Assembly (NCBI GenBank): GCA_022340305.1
Contig: JAJDOF010000108.1
Span: forward strand, 4,964 to 68,963
Direction of reading: 5' to 3'
DNA from: Gammaproteobacteria bacterium
Lineage (GTDB): Bacteria; Pseudomonadota; Gammaproteobacteria; GCA-001735895
Length of the DNA: 64,000 bases
Under the pieces are notes generated by a model. That model was given only the letters and a program-made list of their open reading frames with translations, had not been told where the DNA came from and searched no databases. Position numbers and translations under genes: made by a program. This document shows positions 42,516 to 52,728 of this stretch, one piece after another. Positions within the stretch are counted from its first letter, which is position 1, and every line of letters starts with the position of its first letter.

Positions 42516-42786
42516 GCCTGGTCTCCCCTGGAAATACGTCAATCAAAGCGCAGCCGGGAGTAGGCGCCGGTGGTGGCCCCCCGAAAGCAGATTTTCGGCT
42601 CGTTCGACGCTGGCGGGAAGCTCCCACCAGCAGGCCAGTGCGTGGCTGCAACGTGCATCATTGACATGATAAAACTCCAGAACCTGCGGCATGAAAGGGC
42701 CAATTCTTATCGATTTCGGTTGGCTTGGCTAGCTTTAAAATATTGAATCGAGCACAATCCGCCGATCACCATATCGATGTAATTCA

Positions 42787-44082
42787 ATGGCTGCATTCCT
42801 GCCACAAGATAACAATGAAAAATCCCTGTGGGTAGATACCGCGATTGCGCCGCCCTGCTGTGAAATTTTGCGCGACAGCCTGCAAACCGATGTGCTGGTG
42901 ATCGGCGCCGGCTTCACCGGGTTATCCAGTGCGCTGCACCTCGCCGAGCAAGGTGTTTCAGTTGTATTGCTGGAAGCCGCTAGCATCGGTTACGGTGGGT
43001 CCGGTCGCAATGCCGGACTGGTTAATGCAGGACTGTGGAAAAATCCCGAGGAGGTGAGTAAACAGCTCGGTGTTGAGGCCGCCGGGCGCCTTAACCAGGC
43101 GCTGCGTGATTCCCCAGCGCTGGTGTTCGACCTGGTTCGGCGTTTCGCGATGCAATGCGAGGCAAAGGCTTGCGGTACGGTGCACATGGCTCATAGCAAG
43201 GCCGGCGGGTCTTACCTCGAAGATCGTTGTCGACAGTTACAGGATCTTGGTGCCGGCGTTGAATTGATCGATGGCGCACGCTCCCGGGCAGTGTCGGGGT
43301 CAGCCGAATACCGTTACGGTGGCATTCTCGACCCGAACGCAGGAACCATCCAGCCGCTCGGATATGTGCGCGAACTTGCTCGTGCCGCTTGCTCCCAGGG
43401 GGTGTCCCTGTTTCAGCAATCGGCGCTCAAAGCCATCAAACGGCGGGACGATCGATGGCTGGCAACTACCGAGTTCGGTCAGGTTTCGGCCGATCAGGTG
43501 ATCATTGCGACCAACGCTTACGCTGACGCCAACAGCCTCGATGTGCGCGAGTCGACCGTACCGGTTTATATTTTCCAGTGTGCGACGCCGCCACTGCCCG
43601 GGCATCTGGCAGCCAGCATCATCCCACAGCGTGAGGGTTTATGGGATACGGATACCCTGCTGACCTCGTCGCGCATCGATGCCGACGGGCGCCTGGTGAT
43701 GAGTTATCCCGGTCATCTACCTGCCGGGCAGCGCGCGTTGCGCCAGGCCTGGGCAACCCGTAAGCGGAACCGCCTTTTTCCCGAACTGCGCGGTATTCCC
43801 TGGGAGTACTACTGGAGCGGACGCGTCGGCGTCACTACCGGCAAGATACTGCGCGTGCAACTGCTGGCACCGGGTTTGTATGCGCCGGCAGGCTTTAATG
43901 GCCGTGGTATCGGCACCGGTAGCGTCATGGGAAAACATCTCGCGCAGACGATTGTCAGCGGCGACCGTGGTGACTTCCCATTCCCGATCGAGGCCCTGTA
44001 CCCTGAAAAGTGGCGTCGTAGCCGCGCCGCCTACTACGACTATGGCACGCTTGCGCTGCAGTTTTTCGATAAACGCTGGTGA
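42787..44082 (+). CDS. FAD-dependent oxidoreductase, L-pipecolate oxidase-like
   Basis: GAGFTG, GSGRNAGLVNAG, GTVHMAHS, AGTIQPLGY and GFNGRGIGTG motifs. Confidence 0.7.
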   Translation: MAAFLPQDNNEKSLWVDTAIAPPCCEILRDSLQTDVLVIGAGFTGLSSALHLAEQGVSVVLLEAASIGYGGSGRNAGLVNAGLWKNPEEVSKQLGVEAAGRLNQALRDSPALVFDLVRRFAMQCEAKACGTVHMAHSKAGGSYLEDRCRQLQDLGAGVELIDGARSRAVSGSAEYRYGGILDPNAGTIQPLGYVRELARAACSQGVSLFQQSALKAIKRRDDRWLATTEFGQVSADQVIIATNAYADANSLDVRESTVPVYIFQCATPPLPGHLAASIIPQREGLWDTDTLLTSSRIDADGRLVMSYPGHLPAGQRALRQAWATRKRNRLFPELRGIPWEYYWSGRVGVTTGKILRVQLLAPGLYAPAGFNGRGIGTGSVMGKHLAQTIVSGDRGDFPFPIEALYPEKWRRSRAAYYDYGTLALQFFDKRW

Positions 44083-44185
44083 AGGCTGGATTGCCCCAGT
44101 TTAACACTACCAAACCGCCTAATTGGCTGGAATTATCCACCAGTGCGGATAAAATGCGCCCACGACTAGCAGCAGAGCAATCTCG

Positions 44186-45370
44186 ATGACACAGGCAAAA
44201 AGAGTTACCTTCGACTGGCAGGACCCGATGTTTCTCGAACTTCAACTCAACGACGAGGAACGTATGATTCGCGATGCCGCGCGCGACTACTGTCAGGATC
44301 GATTGATGCCGCGCGTAAAAATGGCCAACCGCAACGAAGTGTTCGATCGCGAGATCATGAATGAATTCGGTGAGCTCGGTTTGCTGGGCGCGACTATTCC
44401 GGAAAAGTACGGCTGCGCGGGCGCCAATTATGTTTCCTATGGACTTGTTGCCCGTGAAGTGGAGCGCGTCGATAGCGGTTACCGCTCGGCGATGAGTGTT
44501 CAGTCGTCATTGGTGATGCACCCGATTTATGCCTATGGCAGCGAAGCGCAGCGCGAAAAATTTCTGCCCCGGCTGGCCAGTGGTGAGCTGGTCGGCTGCT
44601 TTGGACTGACCGAACCCGATGCCGGGTCGGATCCGGGCAGCATGAAATCAACCGCGACCATAGTCGATGGCGGATTCCGCCTCAAAGGTGCAAAAATGTG
44701 GATTACCAACTCGCCGATCGCCGATGTGGCGGTCGTCTGGGCCAAGCTCGAGGGTGTCATTCGCGGCTTTATTCTGGAACGAGGCATGGAAGGGTTTTCG
44801 ACGCCCAGAATCGAGGGCAAGTTTTCGCTGCGGACCTCGGCTACCGGCGAAATCGTGATGCAGGATGTATTGGTTCCCGAGGAAAACCTGCTGCCGGACG
44901 TCGCCGGACTAAAGGGTCCGTTCGGTTGCCTTAACCGCGCACGCTACGGCATCGCCTGGGGTTCGATGGGTGCCGCTGAATTCTGCTGGCATGCCGCGCG
45001 TCAATATACCCTGGAGCGCATTCAATTCGGTCGGCCGCTGGCCGCAACTCAACTGGTCCAGAAGAAGCTTGCCGACATGCAGACCGAGATCGCGCTTGGG
45101 CTGCAAGGGTGCCTGCAAATGGGCCGCCTGATGGATGCCGACAATTGCCCGGTTGAACTGGTGTCGTTGATGAAACGCAATAACTGCGGCAAGTCGCTGG
45201 ACATCGCCCGGGTGGCACGGGATATGCACGGTGGTAACGGGGTATCTGACGAGTACCACGTGATTCGCCACGTGATGAACCTGGAGGCAGTCAATACTTA
45301 TGAAGGAACTCACGATGTGCATGCACTGATTCTGGGTCGCGCACAAACCGGAATCCAGGCCTTTAACTAG
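44186..45370 (+). CDS. gcdH: Glutaryl-CoA dehydrogenase
   Basis: [23 protein letters not shown] and [15 protein letters not shown] motifs. Confidence 0.95.
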   Translation: MTQAKRVTFDWQDPMFLELQLNDEERMIRDAARDYCQDRLMPRVKMANRNEVFDREIMNEFGELGLLGATIPEKYGCAGANYVSYGLVAREVERVDSGYRSAMSVQSSLVMHPIYAYGSEAQREKFLPRLASGELVGCFGLTEPDAGSDPGSMKSTATIVDGGFRLKGAKMWITNSPIADVAVVWAKLEGVIRGFILERGMEGFSTPRIEGKFSLRTSATGEIVMQDVLVPEENLLPDVAGLKGPFGCLNRARYGIAWGSMGAAEFCWHAARQYTLERIQFGRPLAATQLVQKKLADMQTEIALGLQGCLQMGRLMDADNCPVELVSLMKRNNCGKSLDIARVARDMHGGNGVSDEYHVIRHVMNLEAVNTYEGTHDVHALILGRAQTGIQAFN

Positions 45371-45381
45371 ATGGCCAACTA

Positions 45382-46596
45382 GTGGCTGGCCCCCTGCAGG
45401 GATTTAGAGTCCTCGACCTCAGCCGTATTCTGGCCGGGCCCTGGGCCAGTCAGATGCTGGCCGACCTCGGCGCCGAGGTCATCAAGGTCGAACGTCCCGG
45501 AAGCGGTGACGACACGCGCGCCTGGGGGCCTCCCTATATGCCGGATCAATCCGGGGTGGCAACCGGCGAGGCGGCTTATTTCCACAGTGCCAATCGCGGC
45601 AAGCGTTCGGTCAGTATCGATATCGCGCAAGCCCGTGGACAGGATTTGATTCGCAACCTGGTGGAGCATTGCGATGTCTTTATCGAAAACTTCAAAGTCG
45701 GCGGTTTAAAGAAATACGGTCTCGATTACGCTAGCCTGCAAGCGCTCAACCCGAAGTTGGTGTATTGCTCGATTACCGGTTTCGGGCAGGACGGTCCCTA
45801 TGCACAACGTGCGGGTTACGATTTTATGATCCAGGCCATGGGCGGGATGATGAGTATCACCGGTGCGGCGGATGGCGAGCCACAGAAGATCGGTGTTGCA
45901 CTTGCGGATGTGACGACTGGATTGTATGCGGCAAACGCGATCCAGGCAGCGCTGATCCATCAACTGAAATCAGGGCAGGGGCAGTATATCGACATGGCGT
46001 TGCTCGATGTTCAGGTGGCGACGCTCGCTAACCAGGCGATGAATTTTCTGGCGACCGGCAACAACCCCAGGCGCTATGGCAATGCGCATCCCAATATCGT
46101 GCCTTACCAGTCTTTTCAGTGCAGCGATGGCTTCATTATTCTCGCGGTTGGCAATGATGCCCAGTTTACGCGCTTTTGCGCGCTTGCCGGCAAGCCTGAA
46201 CTCGCCGCCGACGAGCGCTACCAGACAAACAGTGGGCGAGTTCGAAATCGCGACAGCCTGCTGCCAATGGTGAGCGAGATCATGCTTTCGAAATCGACTG
46301 CGGACTGGCTCGAGCTATTGAATCAGCGCGGAATTCCCTGCGGTCCAATCAATAACCTCGACCAGGTGTTCGCCGACCCGCAGGTGCGCCACCGCGGTTT
46401 ACAACTCGAGCTTGCGCATCCCACTGCGGGGCGGGCGGCCAGCGTGGCCAACCCGATCAAACTGTCGAAAACAGCGATCGAATACAAGCTCGCGCCACCG
46501 CTGCTCGGGCAGCATACCGACGAGGTGCTGGGGCGTTTGCTGAATCTTGATGACGACGCCCTCGCGACCTTACGCGCCGCGGCTATCATCGCCTGA
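45382..46596 (+). CDS. CaiB/BaiF class III CoA-transferase (probably glutarate-activating)
   Basis: DLSRILAGP, GDDTRAWGPP and GYDFMIQAMGG motifs; directly after gcdH. Confidence 0.88.
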   Translation: MAGPLQGFRVLDLSRILAGPWASQMLADLGAEVIKVERPGSGDDTRAWGPPYMPDQSGVATGEAAYFHSANRGKRSVSIDIAQARGQDLIRNLVEHCDVFIENFKVGGLKKYGLDYASLQALNPKLVYCSITGFGQDGPYAQRAGYDFMIQAMGGMMSITGAADGEPQKIGVALADVTTGLYAANAIQAALIHQLKSGQGQYIDMALLDVQVATLANQAMNFLATGNNPRRYGNAHPNIVPYQSFQCSDGFIILAVGNDAQFTRFCALAGKPELAADERYQTNSGRVRNRDSLLPMVSEIMLSKSTADWLELLNQRGIPCGPINNLDQVFADPQVRHRGLQLELAHPTAGRAASVANPIKLSKTAIEYKLAPPLLGQHTDEVLGRLLNLDDDALATLRAAAIIA

Positions 46597-46644
46597 ATTT
46601 TAACCCGGTTGTGTTATTCGAGTGATCTGCTCGAGCCGGTTTTT

Positions 46645-47676
46645 TCAGGGTTTTAACGGCCAGGTATCGCTGATGCGATATCCACCGGGCCAGGGGTCGT
46701 CCGGGTCGAGCATGAGCTGATGCGTGCCAGTGATCCAGGCGCGGCCCTGGATCGACGGGATGATGGCGGGACGGTCGCCGACACGAGTTTCGGCGACGAT
46801 GCTGCAATCGAAACGAGAATCGATGATCGAGCGGCCACTCATGCGCTCACCGGGTTTCATCAGTCCCTTCGCATGCAGCACCGCCATGCGCGCGGAACAG
46901 CCGGTGCCGGTCGGGGAGCGGTCAATTTTACCGGGATCGATAGCGACCGCGTTGCGACTCACCAGGAGCCCATCCTGGCGACTGATCGGCAGGCCAAATT
47001 GGCAGAATGAAATATGCGCCCAGTCGGGGTTGTCGGGGTGATTGAAGCCGAGTTGCTGGTTGGCTGCGGCGGTAATCCTGGGTCCAAGGCCGGCCAGTTC
47101 ACGCGCTTCTTCAGGCCTGATTTCGTATCCGAGCGCGGCTGCATCAACGATCACAAAACTATCGCCGCCGTACGCGGTATCCACTACCAGGGTGCCGAGC
47201 CCCTCGACCTCCAGCCGGGCGTCCAGGCGGTCGGCAAATGAGGGTACGTTATGAATCTTGATGCTTTGTGCCTTGCCGGCATCACAATAGGCGGTGACGG
47301 CGACCAGGCCACCAGGCGCCTCGAGGACGAACTCGGTAGTCGGTTCCTGCATCTCGATCAATCCGCTGTCGAGCAATACGGTTGCGACGCAGATCGAATT
47401 TGAGCCGGACATCGGCGGGGTGTGTTCCGGTTCCATGATGATGAAGCCGAAACTTGCCTGCGGGTGCTTTGCCGGAACCAGCAGGTTGATGTGCTTGAAC
47501 ACGCCTCCACGCGGCTCGTTCAATACCAGGTTGCGCAAAGTCCTGTCGCTGTCGATCCAGCGCGACTGTTGCCACAGGGTATCTCCCGGAGGTGGGCTGA
47601 CCCCGCCAACGATGACATTGCCTACTTCACCTTCGGCGTGGCAGGACACGATGTGAATGATATTCTTGCTTCTCAT
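46645..47676 (-). CDS. Proline racemase-superfamily protein, Ser/Thr type (probable trans-3-hydroxy-L-proline dehydratase)
   Basis: HAEGE and EPRG motifs; MSGSN and DRSPTGTG replace the canonical MCGH and DRSPCGTG. Confidence 0.8.
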   Translation of the reverse strand: MRSKNIIHIVSCHAEGEVGNVIVGGVSPPPGDTLWQQSRWIDSDRTLRNLVLNEPRGGVFKHINLLVPAKHPQASFGFIIMEPEHTPPMSGSNSICVATVLLDSGLIEMQEPTTEFVLEAPGGLVAVTAYCDAGKAQSIKIHNVPSFADRLDARLEVEGLGTLVVDTAYGGDSFVIVDAAALGYEIRPEEARELAGLGPRITAAANQQLGFNHPDNPDWAHISFCQFGLPISRQDGLLVSRNAVAIDPGKIDRSPTGTGCSARMAVLHAKGLMKPGERMSGRSIIDSRFDCSIVAETRVGDRPAIIPSIQGRAWITGTHQLMLDPDDPWPGGYRISDTWPLKP

Positions 47677-47898
47677 GACTGATCAACCTGATGAGCGAAA
47701 TGATATGGCCAGGTGTGCATAAACTCGAAGTACGTCCCAGGCCCCTGAAAAATTCCGCTATCGAGCCGCGAACGATACTTGAAGTCTAGCGCTGACCTGG
47801 CAGCGCTTAACAGGTGACAGGGGACTTAAGCGGATACTTCGTCACAACAGGTGAAGCCTGAAAACAGCCGCTGTGGAACGCGAAGATTTGCTCGCATG

Positions 47899-48306
47899 CT
47901 ACTGATATTCGAATGATTTACTGACTAGAAGGTTGCGTTCATTGTCGAGCACGTTAACCATCCAGATACCCGACCAGGCCGGAATCAGTGTCTTGCTGGT
48001 CCAGATACGCCAACGCGCCGCCCTCACCTCGAAAGTTTTCTCAAACATCACCTGGTCCTGGTACATCCACTGGTGAGTGACCGTTTGCCCTGACATGTCG
48101 TTTACTTCGGTGAAAAAGGTAATCGAGTTGTTGGTGCTGCTGTCGATGCTATCGACTATAGCCACAGGCTCACGATTATCGATGCCAGTGGTAAACAGTG
48201 CCCGGCTAACTTCGCCAGCTGCGGCGGTGCCACCCAGAAACAGAGCGAAGATCAATATGATGCTCGATAATGGGCCAGGCATCCGTGATTTTATGGAAGC
48301 ATGCAT
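47899..48306 (-). CDS. DUF2914-like exported protein
   Basis: Signal peptide, FTTGIDNREP, VTHQW and RWRIWTSK motifs. Confidence 0.8.
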   Translation of the reverse strand: MHASIKSRMPGPLSSIILIFALFLGGTAAAGEVSRALFTTGIDNREPVAIVDSIDSSTNNSITFFTEVNDMSGQTVTHQWMYQDQVMFEKTFEVRAARWRIWTSKTLIPAWSGIWMVNVLDNERNLLVSKSFEYQ

Positions 48307-48375
48307 TTAAGTTTCCTCGGAAAATTGAAATTACTATAGCAATTATAAAGCCCCTTTGCAGCTCTCACGATGGTG

Positions 48376-49272
48376 TTATTGGTGAGTCTTGCCGAGCGCT
48401 TCATTGCGCCCCTGCCGCAACAGATCGATCATCGCGCTGGAGCTCAACGACAGGGTGCGATTCTGGCGCGTGACTATGCCGAGCGGGCGTTTGATATCAA
48501 GGCCGGGTAAATTGTGCCTGACTAGCGTCGAGTCGACCATGCTTTCGGGTAATATACTCCAGCCAAGATTGGCCGAGACCATGACCTTGATGGTCTCGAG
48601 GTAATTGGTTTCCAGGATAATGTTGAGTCGCTGCTCATCGCCTGCGAACAGGTTGTTGATGATTCTGCGGGTGAAGGTGCCTATCGATGGCAGGATTGCT
48701 GCGTGCATGAGCAAGTTGGTGGGCGAAATCTCGTTTTGCATAGCCAGTGGGTGATCCGCTGCCATCACTACTACCAGCCGATCGATCCATACCGGTTCGC
48801 ACAGGAGTCGTTCGTCGGAGTGCTCGGGCAACGTCACGATGGCGAGTTCCAGTTCGCTGTTGGCAATCGCCGCGCAGGCATCCTCTGAATCCATGAAATG
48901 CAGGTCCAGATCGACGCGTGGATAGCGAATCTTGAATTGGCGCAGAGTTTGTGGCAAACGATGCAGGCCGATGTGATGGCTGGTGGCGAAGCTCAGACTG
49001 CCACTGGGTGTTGCCTGTTGCCTGCTCAGACCGGTGCGAAAGGTTTTCAGTTCCTGCAGGATACGCTCTGCATGCGGTTTGAAGGCCCTGCCATTGGGAG
49101 TCAGGATGCTGCGTTTGCCGATGCGGTCGAACAGCGAGGCATTGACAATGGTCTCGAGCTGGTGAATGCGCTTGCTTACCGCCGGCTGGGTGATGTGCAG
49201 CCGCTCGGCGGCGAGAGAGAAAGACTCGAGCTCGGCTATTGCAAGGAAAGCATTGATTTGATTGATTTGCAT
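48376..49272 (-). CDS. LysR-family regulator divergent from leuC
   Basis: SFSLAAERLHITQPAVSKRI HTH and ATSHHIGLHRLP. Confidence 0.92.
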   Translation of the reverse strand: MQINQINAFLAIAELESFSLAAERLHITQPAVSKRIHQLETIVNASLFDRIGKRSILTPNGRAFKPHAERILQELKTFRTGLSRQQATPSGSLSFATSHHIGLHRLPQTLRQFKIRYPRVDLDLHFMDSEDACAAIANSELELAIVTLPEHSDERLLCEPVWIDRLVVVMAADHPLAMQNEISPTNLLMHAAILPSIGTFTRRIINNLFAGDEQRLNIILETNYLETIKVMVSANLGWSILPESMVDSTLVRHNLPGLDIKRPLGIVTRQNRTLSLSSSAMIDLLRQGRNEALGKTHQ

Positions 49273-49290
49273 CAGTGATCCGGGATAGTC

Positions 49291-49305
49291 ATTCCAATAA
49301 GGAAT
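49291..49305. promoter_or_regulatory. LysR-type operator palindrome
   Basis: ATTCC-AATAA-GGAAT (contains T-N11-A) between divergent lysR and leuC; -10-like TAGAAT at 49351-49356. Confidence 0.6.
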
Positions 49306-49384
49306 CAAATAAATGAAAATAATGAATTAGTGTTATTTTAAGCACGAGAGTAGAATCAGACAAGTTTTTTACGGGTAACGACTA

Positions 49385-50803
49385 ATGGCTGGAAAAACCT
49401 TATACGACAAGATCTGGGACTTGCACCAGGTGGATACAAGCGCGGACGGCGCCGGGTTGCTGTACATCGATCGCCACCTGGTGCATGAAGTGACTTCACC
49501 GCAGGCCTTCGAAGGACTCGAGATCGCACAGCGAACTTTATGGCGCAAGCGCTCGATCCTCGCAGTCCCTGATCATAACGTACCCACCACCGGCCTCGAA
49601 GCGGGCATTACCGATCCGGTCGCGCGCCTGCAGGTGGATACTTTAAACGATAATTGCGACAAGTACGCTCTCACTGAATTCAAAATGGGCGATGTGCGCC
49701 AGGGCGTGGTGCACGTGATCGGTCCAGAGCAGGGTGCGACACTGCCGGGGATGACCGTGGTATGTGGCGATTCTCATACCTCGACTCACGGCGCTTTTGC
49801 CGCGCTTGCCTTTGGTATTGGCACCTCGGAAGTCGAGCACGTGATGGCGACGCAATGCCTGATTCAGAAGAAATCAAAAAATATGCGAGTTACCGTAGCC
49901 GGCGAAGTGGCCGAGGGGATCACTGCAAAGGACATCGTGTTGCACATCATTGGTGAAATAGGCACGGCCGGTGGTACCGGTTGCACCATCGAGTTTGCCG
50001 GCGAGGCAATCACCGGACTTTCCATGGAAGGACGTATGACCGTGTGCAATATGACCATCGAGGCGGGTGCTCGCGCTGGTTTGATCGCCTGTGACCAGAC
50101 GACGCTGGATTACATTGCCGGTCGCCCGTTTGCGCCCAGTGGCGAGATGTGGGATCAGGCGGTGGCTTTCTGGGGTGATCTGCATTCCGATGACGACGCT
50201 ATTTTTGACCGTGAGGTGGTTATCGATGCGGCCGATATAGCGCCCCAGGTTACCTGGGGTACGTCGCCGGAGATGGTGTGTTCGATTAACCAGCGGATTC
50301 CCGATCCAGCCGACGAAGTCGACACGATCAAGGCTGGCGGCATGCGCGCGGCACTGGATTACATGGGGTTGAAGGCGAATACGTCGTTCGACCAGATTCA
50401 CGTCGACAAGGTTTTTATCGGTTCCTGCACCAATTCGCGCATCGAAGATTTGCGCGCGGCGGCGGGTGTCGTCAAGGGACGTAAACTGGCCGCGAATATC
50501 AAGCTCGCACTGGTCGTGCCCGGGTCGGGTCTGGTCAAGCAGCAGGCCGAGCTGGAAGGGCTGGACCGAATATTTGTCGATGCCGGTTTCGAGTGGCGCG
50601 AGCCGGGCTGCTCGATGTGCCTGGGCATGAATGCCGACCGGCTAGATCCGGGCGAGCGCTGTGCTTCCACTTCGAACCGAAATTTTGAAGGGCGCCAGGG
50701 TACCGGTGGACGCACTCATCTGGTATCCCCCGCAATGGCCGCGGCTGCCGCTGTGCAGGGCCATTTTGTCGATGTACGTGAGCTGATGAGAGGTGAGCTA
50801 TGA
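49385..50803 (+). CDS. leuC: 3-isopropylmalate dehydratase large subunit
   Basis: [30 protein letters not shown] and [11 protein letters not shown] motifs. Confidence 0.98.
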   Translation: MAGKTLYDKIWDLHQVDTSADGAGLLYIDRHLVHEVTSPQAFEGLEIAQRTLWRKRSILAVPDHNVPTTGLEAGITDPVARLQVDTLNDNCDKYALTEFKMGDVRQGVVHVIGPEQGATLPGMTVVCGDSHTSTHGAFAALAFGIGTSEVEHVMATQCLIQKKSKNMRVTVAGEVAEGITAKDIVLHIIGEIGTAGGTGCTIEFAGEAITGLSMEGRMTVCNMTIEAGARAGLIACDQTTLDYIAGRPFAPSGEMWDQAVAFWGDLHSDDDAIFDREVVIDAADIAPQVTWGTSPEMVCSINQRIPDPADEVDTIKAGGMRAALDYMGLKANTSFDQIHVDKVFIGSCTNSRIEDLRAAAGVVKGRKLAANIKLALVVPGSGLVKQQAELEGLDRIFVDAGFEWREPGCSMCLGMNADRLDPGERCASTSNRNFEGRQGTGGRTHLVSPAMAAAAAVQGHFVDVRELMRGEL

Positions 50804-50937
50804 GAGCATTTCTACTGTTAACAATGGTGCTGATGATTCTCGGGTTAAGTGGTTGCGAGACCATGGAAGGACTCGGCAAGGATGTCAAGTCGCTGGGTGA
50901 AACGATCGAAAAGAAGGCGAGTGATTCGAACGAATAG
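50800..50937 (+). CDS. Entericidin EcnA/B-family lipoprotein (45 aa, not in ORF track)
   Basis: [45 protein letters not shown]: lipobox LSGC, then TMEGLGKD; ATGA overlap with leuC. Confidence 0.85.
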   Translation: MRAFLLLTMVLMILGLSGCETMEGLGKDVKSLGETIEKKASDSNE

Positions 50938-50966
50938 AGTAATGACTGAACAAGCGGAATAGACTA

Positions 50967-51602
50967 ATGAACAAGTTTGAAAATTTTACCGGCATCGTCG
51001 CAGCCTTCGATCGCTCCAATATCGATACCGATGCGATAATTCCCAAGCAATACCTGAAGTCGATCAAGCGCTCCGGTTTTGGTATTAACCTGTTTGACGA
51101 TTGGCGTTATCTCGATCCGGGTGAGCCCGGGCAGGATAATTCGCAGCGTCGCCTGAATCCGGAATTTCTGCTCAACCGCGAACCCTATAATGCGGCTCAA
51201 ATATTACTGGCGCGTGAAAACTTCGCCTGTGGTTCGTCACGCGAGCATGCGGTCTGGGCGCTGATGGACTTCGGATTCAAGGTCGTCATTGCGCCCAGCT
51301 TCGCCGATATCTTTTACAATAACTCGTTCAAGAATGGCCTGCTGCCGATCGCGCTGGATGAGGAAGTGGTCGATCTGCTGTTTACCGAATTGCAGGGACA
51401 GCCGGATTATCGCCTCAGTGTGGATCTGCAGGGCCAGGTGGTCAGCAATGCCGGCGGTGTCGAATTCCCCTTCGAAATCGACGAGTTTCGCAAGTATTGC
51501 CTGTTGAACGGTTTGGACGACATTGGTCTGACCATGCAGAAATCGGAGCAGATCAAATCCTTCGAGCAACAGTATTATCAGAAGCTACCCTGGTTGCAGT
51601 AG
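50967..51602 (+). CDS. leuD: 3-isopropylmalate dehydratase small subunit
   Basis: [24 protein letters not shown] and [11 protein letters not shown] motifs. Confidence 0.98.
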   Translation: MNKFENFTGIVAAFDRSNIDTDAIIPKQYLKSIKRSGFGINLFDDWRYLDPGEPGQDNSQRRLNPEFLLNREPYNAAQILLARENFACGSSREHAVWALMDFGFKVVIAPSFADIFYNNSFKNGLLPIALDEEVVDLLFTELQGQPDYRLSVDLQGQVVSNAGGVEFPFEIDEFRKYCLLNGLDDIGLTMQKSEQIKSFEQQYYQKLPWLQ

Positions 51603-51623
51603 CTGAAATCCCGTGAGTTTATT

Positions 51624-52712
51624 ATGAGTGCAAAAATTGCAGTACTGGCCGGTGATGGTATCGGCCAGGAAATTATCGCCGCTACGCTTGGCGTGCTGGA
51701 ATGCCTGCAGCAGGAATTCGGTTTTGCTGCGGAACTGGAGCACGCGGCTATCGGCGGAGCGGGCTACGATGCATATGGTCAACCACTCCCCGAGCAAACG
51801 CTGGCTGTTTGCCAGCAGGCCGACGCCATATTGTTTGGCGCAATCGGTGGCCCACAATACGACGGCCTGGAGCGCGATCTGCGTCCGGAGAAGGGGCTGC
51901 TTAAACTGCGCTCCTCCCTGTCGTTGTTTGCGAATCTGCGCCCGGCGATTCTGTATCCCCAGCTTGCCGATGCCTCGAGCCTGAAGTCCGAACTGGTGGC
52001 GGGGCTCGACCTGATGATCGTGCGTGAGTTGACCGGCGGAATTTATTTTGGTGAGCCGCGTGGCATTCGCGTGCTCGAAAATGGTGAGCGCCAGGGGTTT
52101 AATACACTGGTCTATGCAGAGCATGAAATCGAGCGTATTGCGCGCTCGGCCTTCGATATCGCCATGCTCAGGGAGCGTCGCCTGTGCTCGGTCGACAAAG
52201 CCAATGTGCTCGAGGTTTCCGAGCTCTGGCGTGAAGTCGTGAGCCGGGTAGGGCTGGATTATCCCGAGGTCGAATTGAATCACATGTACGTCGATAATGC
52301 TTCGATGCAGCTGGTGCGCGCACCCAGGCAATTTGACGTGATGGTGACCAGTAATCTGTTTGGCGATATTTTGTCGGATACCGCGGCAATGTTAACCGGG
52401 TCGATTGGTATGTTGCCGTCGGCTTCGCTGGATGCAAATGCCAGGGGAATGTACGAACCGGTGCACGGTTCGGCGCCGGATATCGCCGGCAAAAACCTGG
52501 CTAATCCGTTGGCGACGATACTGTCGCTGGCAATGTTATTGCGTTACAGCCTGCGCGAACTGGAACTTGCCGAGCGCATCGAAACAGCGGTTGGTGAGGT
52601 CCTCGACCGGGGGATACGCACTGCAGACATTGCCGGTGCAGCAGCAAGTGTCGGAACCAGCGAAATGGGGATGGCGGTAGTGACGGCGCTGCGTAGCGCC
52701 GCTAGTCGCTAG
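51624..52712 (+). CDS. leuB: 3-isopropylmalate dehydrogenase
   Basis: [24 protein letters not shown] and [12 protein letters not shown] motifs. Confidence 0.98.
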   Translation: MSAKIAVLAGDGIGQEIIAATLGVLECLQQEFGFAAELEHAAIGGAGYDAYGQPLPEQTLAVCQQADAILFGAIGGPQYDGLERDLRPEKGLLKLRSSLSLFANLRPAILYPQLADASSLKSELVAGLDLMIVRELTGGIYFGEPRGIRVLENGERQGFNTLVYAEHEIERIARSAFDIAMLRERRLCSVDKANVLEVSELWREVVSRVGLDYPEVELNHMYVDNASMQLVRAPRQFDVMVTSNLFGDILSDTAAMLTGSIGMLPSASLDANARGMYEPVHGSAPDIAGKNLANPLATILSLAMLLRYSLRELELAERIETAVGEVLDRGIRTADIAGAAASVGTSEMGMAVVTALRSAASR

Positions 52713-52728
52713 ACGAATGGGAGTCAGC

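Noticed and set aside
42661-42666. Perfect TTGACA on the + strand upstream of the oxidase
   Set aside because: No -10 element at 16-18 bp spacing.
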